Source: Zymomonas mobilis subsp. mobilis ATCC 10988 (GTDB taxonomy: Bacteria; Pseudomonadota; Alphaproteobacteria; Sphingomonadales; Sphingomonadaceae). Taken from it: a stretch of 32,000 bases of DNA. The first letter of the stretch is position 1; the number at the start of each line of letters is the position of its first letter. A program made the position numbers and the translations under genes. Shown piece after piece: positions 6,526-16,795 of this stretch. The notes under the pieces were generated by a model. It saw only the letters and a list, made by a program, of their open reading frames with translations, made no database searches and was not told where the DNA came from. Location: the NCBI RefSeq assembly GCF_000175255.2, contig NC_017262.1, positions 510,001-542,000 on the forward strand, in the 5' to 3' direction.

Positions 6526-8304
6526 ATGCATATGAATTCTTCTCTTTTTAGTGATTCCCTTGTTATTTTGGGGGCAGCGGGGCTGATTATTCCGGCCTTT
6601 GCTCGCTTTCGAATATCCCCTGTTATCGGTTTCATTCTGGCCGGTGCCGTTCTAGGCCCCAAAGCCTTGGGCTCGCTTGTCACCGAATATCCATGGTTAA
6701 AACATATCACTATTTCCGATCCTGACGGTATCGAGCCTTTTGCAGATTTCGGTATCGTCCTGATGCTTTTTTCTATCGGCATTGAATTATCTTTTAAACG
6801 TCTATGGGCAATGCGTCAGGCTGTCTTTGGTCTGGGAACTGGAAAGCTCTTGGGATGTGGCTTCCTCATTGGGGCGGGCCTCTACGCTTTGGGCGAAAAT
6901 TGGGCGGGTGCCATCGGGATGGGACTGGCTCTCAGCGTATCGTCAACCGCTTTGGTGCTGCCTCTAGTAGGAACAACGGGACCAGTCGGGAAAAACGCTT
7001 TCGCTATTCTTCTTTTTGAAGATCTTGCTCTGGTGCCGATCATCTTTGCCTTGGGTGCCATGGCACCTTATGGGCAAGATAATCGCTGGGACGGATTGAT
7101 CGCAACCATTTGGCAAGGTGGTGCCACCGTTATTGCCATTCTGGTTTTGGGACGTTTTGCACTTCCTACGCTTTTCGCACAGGCTGCTAGAACCAAAAGT
7201 GCTGAAGTTTTCCTGTCTATCAGCCTATTGGTCGTTATTCTGGCGTCTGTTGCCACCAGCGCTATGGGGCTGTCGCCGATCGTTGGGGCTTTAACTGCAG
7301 GTCTTTTGATTGCTGAAACCGATTATCATGTCGAAGTCGAGATGGTCATTCTGCCTTTCCAACGACTGGCACTCGGTGTGTTTTTGCTCACCGTCGGGAT
7401 GAGCCTCGATCTTCGGCTTATCATGGCGAATTGGCAGGCCTTGGCTCTAGGCGTTGCTGGCGTTGTTCTTGTGAAAACGCTGGTAACCAGCACACTCTTG
7501 CGCTTGAGCCATGTCCGACTAGCTACAGCGGTTGAATCTGGTTTGCTGATGTCGGCGCCATCTGAAACAACCTTGGTTATTTTAGCAACGGCCAGACAAG
7601 CACAGCTTATCATGCCATCGACGGCTGCTTTTTGGGAAATTGTTACCGCGATCGGTTTAACGATTACACCTCTTCTTGCGAAAATTGGTCACAAAGTCTC
7701 GCTCAAGCTCACCTTACGCGAACATAATTTGACTTTACCCTCCAATGAGGAACCGATCGAAGATATCGAAAATCATACCATTGTTGCAGGTATCGGGCGC
7801 GTTGGGAAAGTCATTGCGGATGTGCTGACGTCAGAAAAGAAACCCTATCTTGCGATCGATTCCGATATTGATCTGGTTATCAATGCTAAAAGGGACGGCT
7901 ATCACGCTACTTTTGGTGATATCAGCAATCCGGTATTCATCCAGCAATTAGGGAACAAGATCAATGCCGTGGTGCTTGCCATTAACGACCCTGTTTCTAT
8001 GGTCAATGTGGTGCATCGACTGCATACTATCTATCCCGATTTAACGATCATTGCCCGTGCCAGCGATTCCCGTCATGCAGCACAGCTTTTTAGAGCGGGT
8101 GCGACCGATATCGTGGCTGAAACGCTCGAAAGCTCTTTGCGCTTAGCAGAAGCAACCTTGATTTCTCTTGGAGTTTCAACCGGTCATGCGGTTGCAGCTA
8201 TTCATGACAAACGCGCTTCGATGCGTGAAAATGTCCTGAAAGCGGCCGAGGAAGGCAATATGCAAGCGATCAGGCATACGCCTAGCATTATGCCTGAAGC
8301 ATAA
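6526..8304 (+). CDS. monovalent cation:proton antiporter-2 (CPA2) family, KefB/KefC-like K+ efflux protein with a C-terminal RCK/TrkA-N domain
   Basis: 592 aa. The N-terminal Na+/H+-exchanger-type membrane domain begins ILGAAGLIIPAFARFRISPVIGFILAGAVLGP. The C-terminal part has a Rossmann GxGxxG motif (IVAGIGRVGKVIADVL). Confidence 0.9.
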   Translation: MHMNSSLFSDSLVILGAAGLIIPAFARFRISPVIGFILAGAVLGPKALGSLVTEYPWLKHITISDPDGIEPFADFGIVLMLFSIGIELSFKRLWAMRQAVFGLGTGKLLGCGFLIGAGLYALGENWAGAIGMGLALSVSSTALVLPLVGTTGPVGKNAFAILLFEDLALVPIIFALGAMAPYGQDNRWDGLIATIWQGGATVIAILVLGRFALPTLFAQAARTKSAEVFLSISLLVVILASVATSAMGLSPIVGALTAGLLIAETDYHVEVEMVILPFQRLALGVFLLTVGMSLDLRLIMANWQALALGVAGVVLVKTLVTSTLLRLSHVRLATAVESGLLMSAPSETTLVILATARQAQLIMPSTAAFWEIVTAIGLTITPLLAKIGHKVSLKLTLREHNLTLPSNEEPIEDIENHTIVAGIGRVGKVIADVLTSEKKPYLAIDSDIDLVINAKRDGYHATFGDISNPVFIQQLGNKINAVVLAINDPVSMVNVVHRLHTIYPDLTIIARASDSRHAAQLFRAGATDIVAETLESSLRLAEATLISLGVSTGHAVAAIHDKRASMRENVLKAAEEGNMQAIRHTPSIMPEA

Positions 8305-8328
8305 TCTTTTTAAAAATCACTTATTCAT

Positions 8329-8363
8329 AAAAAAAGCCCTGAAAAATTCAGGGCTTTTTTTTT
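8329..8363. terminator. bidirectional rho-independent terminator between convergent kefB-like and alaS genes
   Basis: AGCCCTGAA (8335-8343) pairs with TTCAGGGCT (8347-8355). The stem is flanked by an A-run (8329-8335) and a T-run (8355-8363). Confidence 0.85.
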
Positions 8364-8380
8364 CATCAATGAAACGCGTC

Positions 8381-11053
8381 TTAGGCTTTTTCTAAAAGGG
8401 CTTTCACCGCTTCCAAAGCCTGGGCGGCCTCATTCCCATTGGGGCCACCGCCTTGAGCCATATCAGGGCGACCACCGCCGCCTTTACCACCCAAGGTTTC
8501 AACAGCCTTCCGAACAAGATCAACAGCGCTTATCTTGTCTTTCAGACTATCGCTTACCCCAATGGCAACAGAAGCACGCCCTTCATTAACCGTGATGAGG
8601 GCAATCACGCCAGATTCAATGATCTTCTTATTTTCATCAATCAAACCACGCAGAGCTTTAGGATCAAGCCCTTCGATGACCTGACCGATAAACTGATACG
8701 CACCGACTTTTTCGGGGGCGGCATTATTACCGCCCTGCCCGCCATTGGCATTAGCCAAAGCCAAAGCTTTCTGAGCATCGGCCAGAGCGCGTTCAGATTT
8801 ACGGCGCTCGTCAAGGATGGCAGCCGTCCGTGTTGGAACTTCTTCCGGCACGGCTTTCAAAATAGAAGCGGTTTCTCGTAACAGACGATCACGACCGACC
8901 AACCACAATCTAGCTTCTTCGCCTGTAACGGCTTCAATACGACGGATACCCGAAGAAACGGCGGTTTCACTGACAATATGGAATAACCCAATTTGCCCCA
9001 AAGCCGATACATGGGTGCCACCACAAAGCTCAACAGACCAAGAGCTTTCCTCATTCTGGTCGTTAAGGCATGATCCCATGGATAAAACACGGACTTCATT
9101 GCCGTATTTTTCACCAAACAAGGCCATCGCTCCGGCTTCAACAGCGGATTCTGGCGTCATCAGTCGCGTCGTCACAACAGAATTATTCAAAATCTGCTGA
9201 TTAACTTCGGCTTCAATCGCGGCCAATTCCTGATCGGTCAAAGCCTTCTGATGAGAAAAGTCAAAGCGCAAACGTTCAGCAGAAACCATACTTCCCTTCT
9301 GGGAAACATGCTGTCCTAACTGATCCCGCAAAGCGGCGTGCAACAAATGGGTTGCCGAATGATTGGCACGCAAACGGTTGCGATGATTGATATCAACTTG
9401 CAACTGGATGTCATCACCAATCTTAATCTCGCCCTTTTCGATTTTAGCGATATGGGCATGAATACGACCTAACGGTTTTTGAGTATCAGTAACCGTCATT
9501 TTCAGATCATTATTACCGATGATAACACCAATATCACCTTTTTGACCGCCACTTTCACCATAAAAAGGCGTCTGATTGGTGATGATGGTGATGTCATCGC
9601 CCTGTTTAGCCGTTTCAACTCGCTTGCCATCTTTAATCAAGGCAATGATCTGGCCACTACCCTTTTCAGCGGTATATCCGGTAAATTCAGTGCCACCCAA
9701 CTGGTCAGCAATATCGAACCAGATTTCATCCGATGCTTTTTCGCCTGACCCTTTCCATGCAGCCCGCGCGGCTTTCCGCTGTTCGGCCATGGCTGCATCA
9801 AAACCAGCCTGATCGACGGTCAGATTCCGCGCCCGCAAAGCATCAGCTGTCAGATCATAGGGGAAACCATAGGTGTCATAGAGTCTAAAAGCGACCTCAC
9901 CGGGTAAAGTGTCACCACTTTTCAGATGTTGAGTTTCATCTTCCAAAATTTTCAGACCATTAGCCAAAGTCTGACGGAAACGCGTTTCTTCCAAGCGCAA
10001 CGTTTCTTCAATCAAAGCCTTAGCTCTGACCAATTCAGGGTAAGCCATACCCATTTCAGAAAGAAGCGCTGGTACAAGCCGATACATCAAAGGCTCTTTT
10101 GCACCGATCAAATGGGCATGGCGCATAGCGCGACGCATAATACGACGCAGAACATACCCACGACCTTCATTGGCCGGTAAAACACCATCAGCAACCAAGA
10201 AACCAGCCGCTCGCAAATGATCGGCAATAACCCGATGGGAAGCCTTAAATTGACCATCTGTCGCCGTATGAGTTAACTCACCAGATGCCGCAATCAAGGC
10301 CTTAAAGGTATCGGTATCATAATTGTCATGAACGCCTTGCAAGACAGACGCAATGCGCTCCAATCCCATACCAGTATCAATGGAGGGTCTCGGCAAATTC
10401 AAACGGGTCTCGGCATTGACCTGTTCATATTGCATGAAGACGAGATTCCAGATTTCGACAAAGCGATCACCATCTTCATCCGGCGATCCCGGAGGGCCAC
10501 CCGGAATTTCGGGGCCATGGTCATAGAATATTTCAGAACAAGGGCCACAAGGTCCCGTATCACCCATTGACCAGAAATTATCAGAAGTCGCAATTTTAAT
10601 AATTCTGTCTTCAGGTAATCCGGCAATTTTGCGCCATAGGTTAAAGGCTTCTTCATCGGTATGATAAACGGTCACACAAAGGCGTTCTGGATCAAGACCC
10701 CATTCTTTGGTGATCAAACCCCATGCCAGTTCGATGACGCGTTCTTTGAAATAATCACCGAAAGAGAAGTTACCCAACATTTCAAAAAAGGTATGATGGC
10801 GGGCAGTATAACCGACATTATCAAGATCGTTATGTTTACCACCAGCACGGACACATTTTTGTGACGATGTTGCGGTTTTATAGGGACGACTTTCAAGACC
10901 GGTAAACGTATTTTTGAAAGGCACCATCCCCGCATTAACAAACATCAACGTCGGATCATTTTGAGGCACCAAGGGTGCCGATGGTACTATCCGATGGCCA
11001 TTCTTTTCGAAATATTCGAGAAAAGAACGGCGGATTTCATTCGTTGTTATCAT
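8381..11053 (-). CDS. alaS: alanine--tRNA ligase
   Basis: [43 protein letters not shown]... is a typical AlaRS N-terminus, and the C-terminal part contains the [15 protein letters not shown] motif. The start is set at ATG 11053. The track's longer ORF (to 11173) would read through the upstream terminator hairpin. Confidence 0.95.
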   Translation of the reverse strand: MITTNEIRRSFLEYFEKNGHRIVPSAPLVPQNDPTLMFVNAGMVPFKNTFTGLESRPYKTATSSQKCVRAGGKHNDLDNVGYTARHHTFFEMLGNFSFGDYFKERVIELAWGLITKEWGLDPERLCVTVYHTDEEAFNLWRKIAGLPEDRIIKIATSDNFWSMGDTGPCGPCSEIFYDHGPEIPGGPPGSPDEDGDRFVEIWNLVFMQYEQVNAETRLNLPRPSIDTGMGLERIASVLQGVHDNYDTDTFKALIAASGELTHTATDGQFKASHRVIADHLRAAGFLVADGVLPANEGRGYVLRRIMRRAMRHAHLIGAKEPLMYRLVPALLSEMGMAYPELVRAKALIEETLRLEETRFRQTLANGLKILEDETQHLKSGDTLPGEVAFRLYDTYGFPYDLTADALRARNLTVDQAGFDAAMAEQRKAARAAWKGSGEKASDEIWFDIADQLGGTEFTGYTAEKGSGQIIALIKDGKRVETAKQGDDITIITNQTPFYGESGGQKGDIGVIIGNNDLKMTVTDTQKPLGRIHAHIAKIEKGEIKIGDDIQLQVDINHRNRLRANHSATHLLHAALRDQLGQHVSQKGSMVSAERLRFDFSHQKALTDQELAAIEAEVNQQILNNSVVTTRLMTPESAVEAGAMALFGEKYGNEVRVLSMGSCLNDQNEESSWSVELCGGTHVSALGQIGLFHIVSETAVSSGIRRIEAVTGEEARLWLVGRDRLLRETASILKAVPEEVPTRTAAILDERRKSERALADAQKALALANANGGQGGNNAAPEKVGAYQFIGQVIEGLDPKALRGLIDENKKIIESGVIALITVNEGRASVAIGVSDSLKDKISAVDLVRKAVETLGGKGGGGRPDMAQGGGPNGNEAAQALEAVKALLEKA

Positions 11054-11138
11054 AATGAGGCCCCCAACACTGCTGACCGGAAGTTTTATTGCCAGCAGCC
11101 ATAGCACCCGATGGGCATAAAAACAGTATAAACAGACG

Positions 11139-11178
11139 AAAAAATACAGGGTATGCGTATTTATTTTACGCATACCCT
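11139..11178 (-). terminator. rho-independent terminator after the argS-SPOR operon
   Basis: On the minus strand, AGGGTATGCGTA-loop-TACGCATACCCT (12 bp stem, 11148-11178) is followed by GTATTTTTTCG. Confidence 0.8.
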
Positions 11179-11193
11179 CTTCAGATCAGGATA

Positions 11194-12321
11194 TTATTTT
11201 CCGATATGGGCGCAAGTCTCACCTGCGGCCTGAAGCTGGCTACAGAAGCTATTCGCCTGACCACCCGCTGTCGCCCGTAAACGATAGAAGGTCTTTTCAC
11301 CGATCTTCACAGAGATGATCTGATGCGGCAAAGGCTTGATCCAGCTATAACGCTGCGTCAAATGAGACCAAACTTCATTGGCTTTGGCTTCACTACCAAA
11401 GGCACCCAACTGGATAACACCGGCACCTGCTGGTGCTTTTTTGGCTTCATCTGCCGGATGAGCATCTTTGTGAAGACTGCTCATCACACCCGCAACGGAA
11501 TCTTCGCGACTTTTGGGTTTTGCCACTTCTGCTGGATGTTCAGCTTCCGGCTTTTCAACTTTTGTAGCCGGTTTAACCACAGCAACAGGTGGCTTTTCAC
11601 GTTCCGCAGCCTTAACCGGATGCTCGGCAGGTTTAACTTCTTTTTCGTGTTTCACCGGTGCTGCTGGACGTGGGGCTGCCGGATGCGTTGCGGTTGAATG
11701 ACGGGTGTCGCCCGTCATATCCGACATTTCCGGTTCATTTTCTACGACATCAGGCCGCGTTTTTGTGACAGGTGCTGAGGCTGGAGGCGGTGGCGTGATA
11801 GGCTGTTCAGCCTGTTTCGGCGCGATCGTCATCGGCTGTTCCGGCTGCACGGATGTATCAATAGATGAATTGATATCCCGTCCTTCGCTGGCGGCATAGG
11901 CTGATTCACCTTCGCCTTCGATTTTCATCCCACCTGGCTCACGGGGCTTGGTTTTATAGGGACCCGGTTCCGCTGTAATCACGGACGCATTACCACTAAC
12001 GGCTGGCGGACGATGGAACCACCAATAAAGCCCAATCCCTAGCAAAGCCAAAGTCAATAAAGCGACCAAGGCGACAATAACGATCTGGAAAATATTCCCA
12101 CCATGACCATTATCGTCATCTTCTACGGGTTCCAGCCATGGCAAGCTATCATCTTCATCGCCATCATCTGCATCAGCCGAATGATGATCATAAAAATCAC
12201 TGGTGTCATCACGGGACGAACCATGAGCATTAGACCGGCCAAATGTTCGGTTATAGGTATTGTTCTCTTGTGGCCGGCCATGAGAATTCATGGCATCATG
12301 CTCCTGATCTTTATCATCCAT
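11194..12321 (-). CDS. SPOR domain-containing membrane protein (septal peptidoglycan binding)
   Basis: It has an acidic cytoplasmic N-terminus, one TM helix (IFQIVIVALVALLTLALLGIGLYWWF) and a Pro/Lys/Ala-rich linker. The C-terminal SPOR-like fold reads VIQLGAFGSEAKANEVWSHL...FYRLRA...A..FCSQLQAAGETC. It starts 3 nt after the argS stop, with GGAGGAG upstream. Confidence 0.85.
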   Translation of the reverse strand: MDDKDQEHDAMNSHGRPQENNTYNRTFGRSNAHGSSRDDTSDFYDHHSADADDGDEDDSLPWLEPVEDDDNGHGGNIFQIVIVALVALLTLALLGIGLYWWFHRPPAVSGNASVITAEPGPYKTKPREPGGMKIEGEGESAYAASEGRDINSSIDTSVQPEQPMTIAPKQAEQPITPPPPASAPVTKTRPDVVENEPEMSDMTGDTRHSTATHPAAPRPAAPVKHEKEVKPAEHPVKAAEREKPPVAVVKPATKVEKPEAEHPAEVAKPKSREDSVAGVMSSLHKDAHPADEAKKAPAGAGVIQLGAFGSEAKANEVWSHLTQRYSWIKPLPHQIISVKIGEKTFYRLRATAGGQANSFCSQLQAAGETCAHIGK

Positions 12322-12324
12322 TCC

Positions 12325-14049
12325 CTACATCTCCTCCGAGGCATTGACGCCGACTACGCCAAGCCCATTTCTGATAACCTGACCAACAGCATCAGCCAAA
12401 GCTAGTCTGGCTGCTGTTTTTGCTGGATTATCCGGCAACAGAAAACGCCGGTCAGGATTATCATTACCTTTATTCCACAAGCTATGAAAATCCGCAGCCA
12501 AGGTGAACAGATAAAAAACGATACGATGTGGTTCATGCGCGACAGCCGCCGCTTCAATCAGACGCGGGAACTGGGCAGCCTGCTGAATCAACGCCAATTC
12601 TTCTTTATCAAGCAGATTTAAATCCGCTTTTTCAGGTAAAGTAATATTCTCTGATACAAGCCGCCGATGCAAGGAGTGAACACGGGCATGAGCATATTGG
12701 ACATAAAAGACCGGATTGTCTTTTGAGGCTTCGATTACTTTTTCAAAATCGAAATCCATTTGGGCATCCGCTTTGCGGGTCAGCATTGAAAAGCGAACAA
12801 CGTCGCGCCCTACTTCTGATACGACATCCGCAAGGGTAACGAAGTTACCGGAACGCTTCGACATTTTGACTGGCTCACCGCCACGAAGCAAATGCACCAT
12901 CTGAACCAGTTTTACATCCAACGGGACTTTATTCTGGGTCAAAGCTGCAACTGCTGCTTTAATCCGCTTAACCGTTCCTGCGTGGTCAGCACCCCAAATA
13001 TCGACTAGCTGATCGGCAGTCGCTGCTTTTTCGGCATGATAAGCAAGGTCAGCACCAAAATAGGTGTAGCTACCATCGGATTTCTGAACAGGCCGATCGC
13101 TGTCATCACCAAATTTAGTCGCACGGAACAAGGTCAGTTCGACAGGTTCCCAATCTTCCGGCGTTTCACCTTTCGGCGCTTCCAAAACGCCTTTATAGAT
13201 CAGGCCTTCTTTTTCCAGTTTATCAATGGCTTTTTGGACAATACCAGCTTTGTGAAGCGCTGCTTCTGACGTGAATTTATCGTGATGAATACCTAATAAG
13301 GCTAAATCATCACGGATCATGTCCATCATGGCTGCGACCGTCGTTTCACGGAACAAAGCCAGCCATTCGGATTCCGGCGCGTTGAGGTAACGGTCGCCAT
13401 ATTTTTCAGCCAGTAATTTACCAACCGGAACCAAATAGTCACCCGGATACAGGCCTTCAGGAATGGTGATTTCTTCACCCAAGGCTTCCCGATAGCGCAT
13501 ATAGGCCGAACGCGCTAAAGTCTGAACTTGCTGTCCTGCGTCATTGACATAATATTCGCGGGTAACTTTATAACCAGCGAAATCTAGCAAAGAGGCCAGA
13601 GCATCACCAACCACGGCGCCCCGACAATGGCCCATATGCATAGGTCCGGTAGGGTTTGCCGAAACATATTCAACATTAACGCGTAAATTTTGCCCAATAT
13701 CAGAACGGCCATAATCTTGACCCTGTTCCAGAATATGGGTCAATTCTTTCCGCCAGCAATCATCGGTCAACCGGATATTGATAAAGCCGGGGCCTGCGAT
13801 TTCGACAGACTCAACCCCTTCCAACTGGGACAAAGATTCAACCAGTTTTTCAGCCAAAGCACGGGGCGCCGTCTTAGCCGCTTTTGCCAGTACCATAGCG
13901 GCATTGATAGCCAAATCTCCATGAGACGGGTCACGCGGTGGCTCGACAGCAACCCGACTACGATCCAGACCGGCCGGTAACAGACCTTCGGCCTCAAAGG
14001 TATCAAGAATAGAAGAGAGCTGCGCGGCAAAATGGCGATAAAGGGTCAC
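12325..14049 (-). CDS. argS: arginine--tRNA ligase
   Basis: Class I signatures are present: PTGPMHMGHCRGA (HIGH-type) and KMSKRSG (KMSKS). The start codon at 14049 is GTG. Confidence 0.95.
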   Translation of the reverse strand: MTLYRHFAAQLSSILDTFEAEGLLPAGLDRSRVAVEPPRDPSHGDLAINAAMVLAKAAKTAPRALAEKLVESLSQLEGVESVEIAGPGFINIRLTDDCWRKELTHILEQGQDYGRSDIGQNLRVNVEYVSANPTGPMHMGHCRGAVVGDALASLLDFAGYKVTREYYVNDAGQQVQTLARSAYMRYREALGEEITIPEGLYPGDYLVPVGKLLAEKYGDRYLNAPESEWLALFRETTVAAMMDMIRDDLALLGIHHDKFTSEAALHKAGIVQKAIDKLEKEGLIYKGVLEAPKGETPEDWEPVELTLFRATKFGDDSDRPVQKSDGSYTYFGADLAYHAEKAATADQLVDIWGADHAGTVKRIKAAVAALTQNKVPLDVKLVQMVHLLRGGEPVKMSKRSGNFVTLADVVSEVGRDVVRFSMLTRKADAQMDFDFEKVIEASKDNPVFYVQYAHARVHSLHRRLVSENITLPEKADLNLLDKEELALIQQAAQFPRLIEAAAVAHEPHRIVFYLFTLAADFHSLWNKGNDNPDRRFLLPDNPAKTAARLALADAVGQVIRNGLGVVGVNASEEM

Positions 14050-14225
14050 GGTTAAAATAATCCATCAGACAAATAATGAAAAAGCAAAAAAACAGCCAAA
14101 GCTACTATCCCAAGCCTTAACCTGTTGTTGCCAAAAGGCTCTAATCTATTTTGCGGAACAATCAAATCCTGACTAAAGCCTCTCAAGGGCATTATTATCA
14201 ATCTTTGAAGAAATAAATCTATTTC

Positions 14226-14250
14226 AAAAAGGATAAGCGATATCCTTTTT
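14226..14250 (-). terminator. AU-rich hairpin at the dgt stop; weak or possibly bidirectional terminator
   Basis: AAAAAGGATA-AGCGA-TATCCTTTTT forms a 10 bp stem that overlaps the stop codon at 14250-14252. The stem contains only two G:C pairs. Confidence 0.45.
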
Positions 14251-15428
14251 TAGACCAGATCGAAGGCACCGATATCTTGATGATAGCGTTTTAACGCATA
14301 ATGATCCGTCATACCGGCGACATAATCAACGATATGCCGTTGCCGATCGACCTCATTATCCGGCCAATTTTCTTGCCAATCCTCCGGCAATAATCGCGGA
14401 TTATCCTTATAAAGCGCTACCAATCTGGAAATAATATAAGACGATCTCTCCGCAATCGGTAATAATCGGGGGTGATGATACAGCTTTTGATACATGAATT
14501 TTTTAAACAGCCGCTCATTCTTGGTCATCTCATCTGAAAAGCCGACCATGGCTTGAGGCATCTGCCGGATATCCGTCAGATGTTCCGGTTTAAAAAAGGC
14601 AATCCGGCGGCGGGTCTCATCCAGCGAATCATTGACCATTCGACCAATTTGCTCACGGATCAATTCAGCAATTAACTTTTTCCCAGTTAAATCAGGGTAG
14701 CGTGTTTTCACGGCTTGCCATGTTGGGGCAATCAAAGGCTGGGCAACGACTTCTTCAAGATCAATCAATCCTGCCCGCAATCCATCATCCAAATCATGGT
14801 TGTCATAGGCGATATCATCGGACAAAGCCGCTACTTGCGCCTCTAGTGATGGCCAGCTTGTCAATTCCAACGGGAAAGCATCATCCACAGCTGATAATGC
14901 CCAATTCGGATGCCTTATCGGGCCATTATGCTTGGCTAAACCTTCCTGCATTTCCCAAGTCAAATTGAGGCCTGACCAACGCGGATAAGGCGATTCTAAA
15001 TGGGTCAGGATACGAAGACTATGGGCATTATGGTCAAAACCACCTGCGTCTTTCAACGCCTGTTTCAAGATATTTTCGCCGATATGACCAAAAGGCGGAT
15101 GCCCTAAATCATGCGCCAGACATAAGGCTTCCGTTAGGTCTTCATTCAACCGAAGCACCCGGGCTATCGTCCGGCCAATCTGGGCGACTTCTAAACTATG
15201 GGTCAATCTCACCCTAAAATGATCGCTCTCCGGCGCGATAAAAACCTGCGTCTTATAACGGAGCCTTCGGAAAGCCATAGAATGGATAATCCGGTCACGG
15301 TCACGCTGAAAAGCATTGCGGGGGCCTCTTACGGCACCCTTCCCTTCATCATGTAGTCTGCCACGGGATAATTCGGGATCGGCGGCATAAGATGCAAATT
15401 CTGTTTTCATTATTCTATCATGACCCAT
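14250..15428 (-). CDS. dgt: dGTP triphosphohydrolase-like HD-domain protein
   Basis: HD-domain motifs are present ([38 protein letters not shown]). It lies upstream of argS, which is common in alphaproteobacteria. Confidence 0.9.
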   Translation of the reverse strand: MGHDRIMKTEFASYAADPELSRGRLHDEGKGAVRGPRNAFQRDRDRIIHSMAFRRLRYKTQVFIAPESDHFRVRLTHSLEVAQIGRTIARVLRLNEDLTEALCLAHDLGHPPFGHIGENILKQALKDAGGFDHNAHSLRILTHLESPYPRWSGLNLTWEMQEGLAKHNGPIRHPNWALSAVDDAFPLELTSWPSLEAQVAALSDDIAYDNHDLDDGLRAGLIDLEEVVAQPLIAPTWQAVKTRYPDLTGKKLIAELIREQIGRMVNDSLDETRRRIAFFKPEHLTDIRQMPQAMVGFSDEMTKNERLFKKFMYQKLYHHPRLLPIAERSSYIISRLVALYKDNPRLLPEDWQENWPDNEVDRQRHIVDYVAGMTDHYALKRYHQDIGAFDLV

Positions 15429-15517
15429 GTCATCGGGCGTTTACAAATAACGCATAAAAACCACAGCCAAAAATAGAAAATGAATTTCAAGAGCAAATCA
15501 TCCTTCCAAAAACAAGC

Positions 15518-16795
15518 CTACCCTCCCAAATGACTGATAACGCTTTTAGATGCTGTTTTTGGCTGTTTTTTCTGGTCATAAAATTGACTGATAGCAATGG
15601 AACCCGCCACTGCAAAAGCAATAGGAATCAGAAAATCATGACCGGTTCTGGCAAATTCGATGACCAAAGCCATAGCCGTAATCGGCATTTTCATTGAGCT
15701 CGCTAAAAAAGCGGCACCCCCAATAATAGCAAAGGCACCAATCGGCACTGGCGGTAACCACATATTCCATAGATGGCCAATAACAACAGCCAACAAAGCC
15801 CCGAAACTGATACCGGGAGTCAATAATCCCCCATATGCGCCTGCCCAGAGGGCTAGAAAGACAGCCAGAATTTTAAAACAGAATAACTCGCCGGCCTTCA
15901 TACCGGATAAATTATCATTAAAAGCCAAGCTCACGGGGCCTTTGCCATTACCCAAAATTTCAGGAAACCACATAGACAATAGGCCAATCGCGGCAAAACA
16001 GAGGATAGCCACCAAAGCTAATCGGCGGTTATCCTTTATTCTGCTGGCGGTTATTTTTTGCGACCAAAAGCGAAAATAATGAGCAGCAATCCCGAAAACA
16101 GGTCCTGCAAGTAATGCCAACAGCATTAATCGGGTATCTACTGGCCATGCAGGGACATGATAGACCATGCTATTTCCCAGAAGAATCCATGCCATGCGAG
16201 CAGACAAGGCCGAGGTCAACAAAGCGACAATGACAACCGGACTAGCCCATGTCATCAACAAGGCTTCCAAAGCAAATAACGCGCCACTAAGTGGCACATT
16301 ATAGACCGAAGCCAATCCAGCCCCTGCCCCACAAGCGACTAAAATCCGCCGCTGATTTTCGGATAAGCTCCCCCAAAAGGCAAATCTTTCGCCAATCAAA
16401 CTGCCCAATTCCCGCGGAGCCACCTCCCGCCCTAAGGGCGAGCCAAGGCCGACCGTCACAATCTGCAAAAGGACATGAATAATAGTCGTCCAGAAAGGCA
16501 TTACTCTTTTATTGGCGGCAACGGCTTGCGTAATCGAAACCAAAGGTGAACCAAAATGACGCAGCAAGCCCCAGCCACCACCGACAACAGCCCCACAAAA
16601 AACAAGCACTTCTAACCGCCTCAAAGGTGACGCGGCCATGCTACCTTTTAAAAAGCTTTCCTCGCTTATGACATGCTGCAAGCTATAGCCATAAGCGATA
16701 TGTTGCACGGCATGCAGTATCCATGACAAAAGCATCCCGCCCAATCCGGTTAGGCAGCCCACAGCAAGACAGGCAAGGCCATAGCGTATCTTCAT
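15518..16795 (-). CDS. ClC-family chloride channel or H+/anion antiporter, with no CBS domains
   Basis: 425 aa polytopic protein with ClC-like filter segments FGSPLVS, GSPLGREVAPRELG and GLLTPGISFGA. Its ATG overlaps the upstream stop (ATGA at 16795-16792). Confidence 0.85.
   Translation of the reverse strand: MKIRYGLACLAVGCLTGLGGMLLSWILHAVQHIAYGYSLQHVISEESFLKGSMAASPLRRLEVLVFCGAVVGGGWGLLRHFGSPLVSITQAVAANKRVMPFWTTIIHVLLQIVTVGLGSPLGREVAPRELGSLIGERFAFWGSLSENQRRILVACGAGAGLASVYNVPLSGALFALEALLMTWASPVVIVALLTSALSARMAWILLGNSMVYHVPAWPVDTRLMLLALLAGPVFGIAAHYFRFWSQKITASRIKDNRRLALVAILCFAAIGLLSMWFPEILGNGKGPVSLAFNDNLSGMKAGELFCFKILAVFLALWAGAYGGLLTPGISFGALLAVVIGHLWNMWLPPVPIGAFAIIGGAAFLASSMKMPITAMALVIEFARTGHDFLIPIAFAVAGSIAISQFYDQKKQPKTASKSVISHLGG

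Noticed and set aside
11054-11173. 40-codon N-terminal extension of alaS in the track ORF (start 11173)
   Set aside because: The extension is hydrophobic nonsense ([19 protein letters not shown]...). It spans the strong terminator hairpin at 11148-11178. The canonical AlaRS N-terminus begins at ATG 11053.
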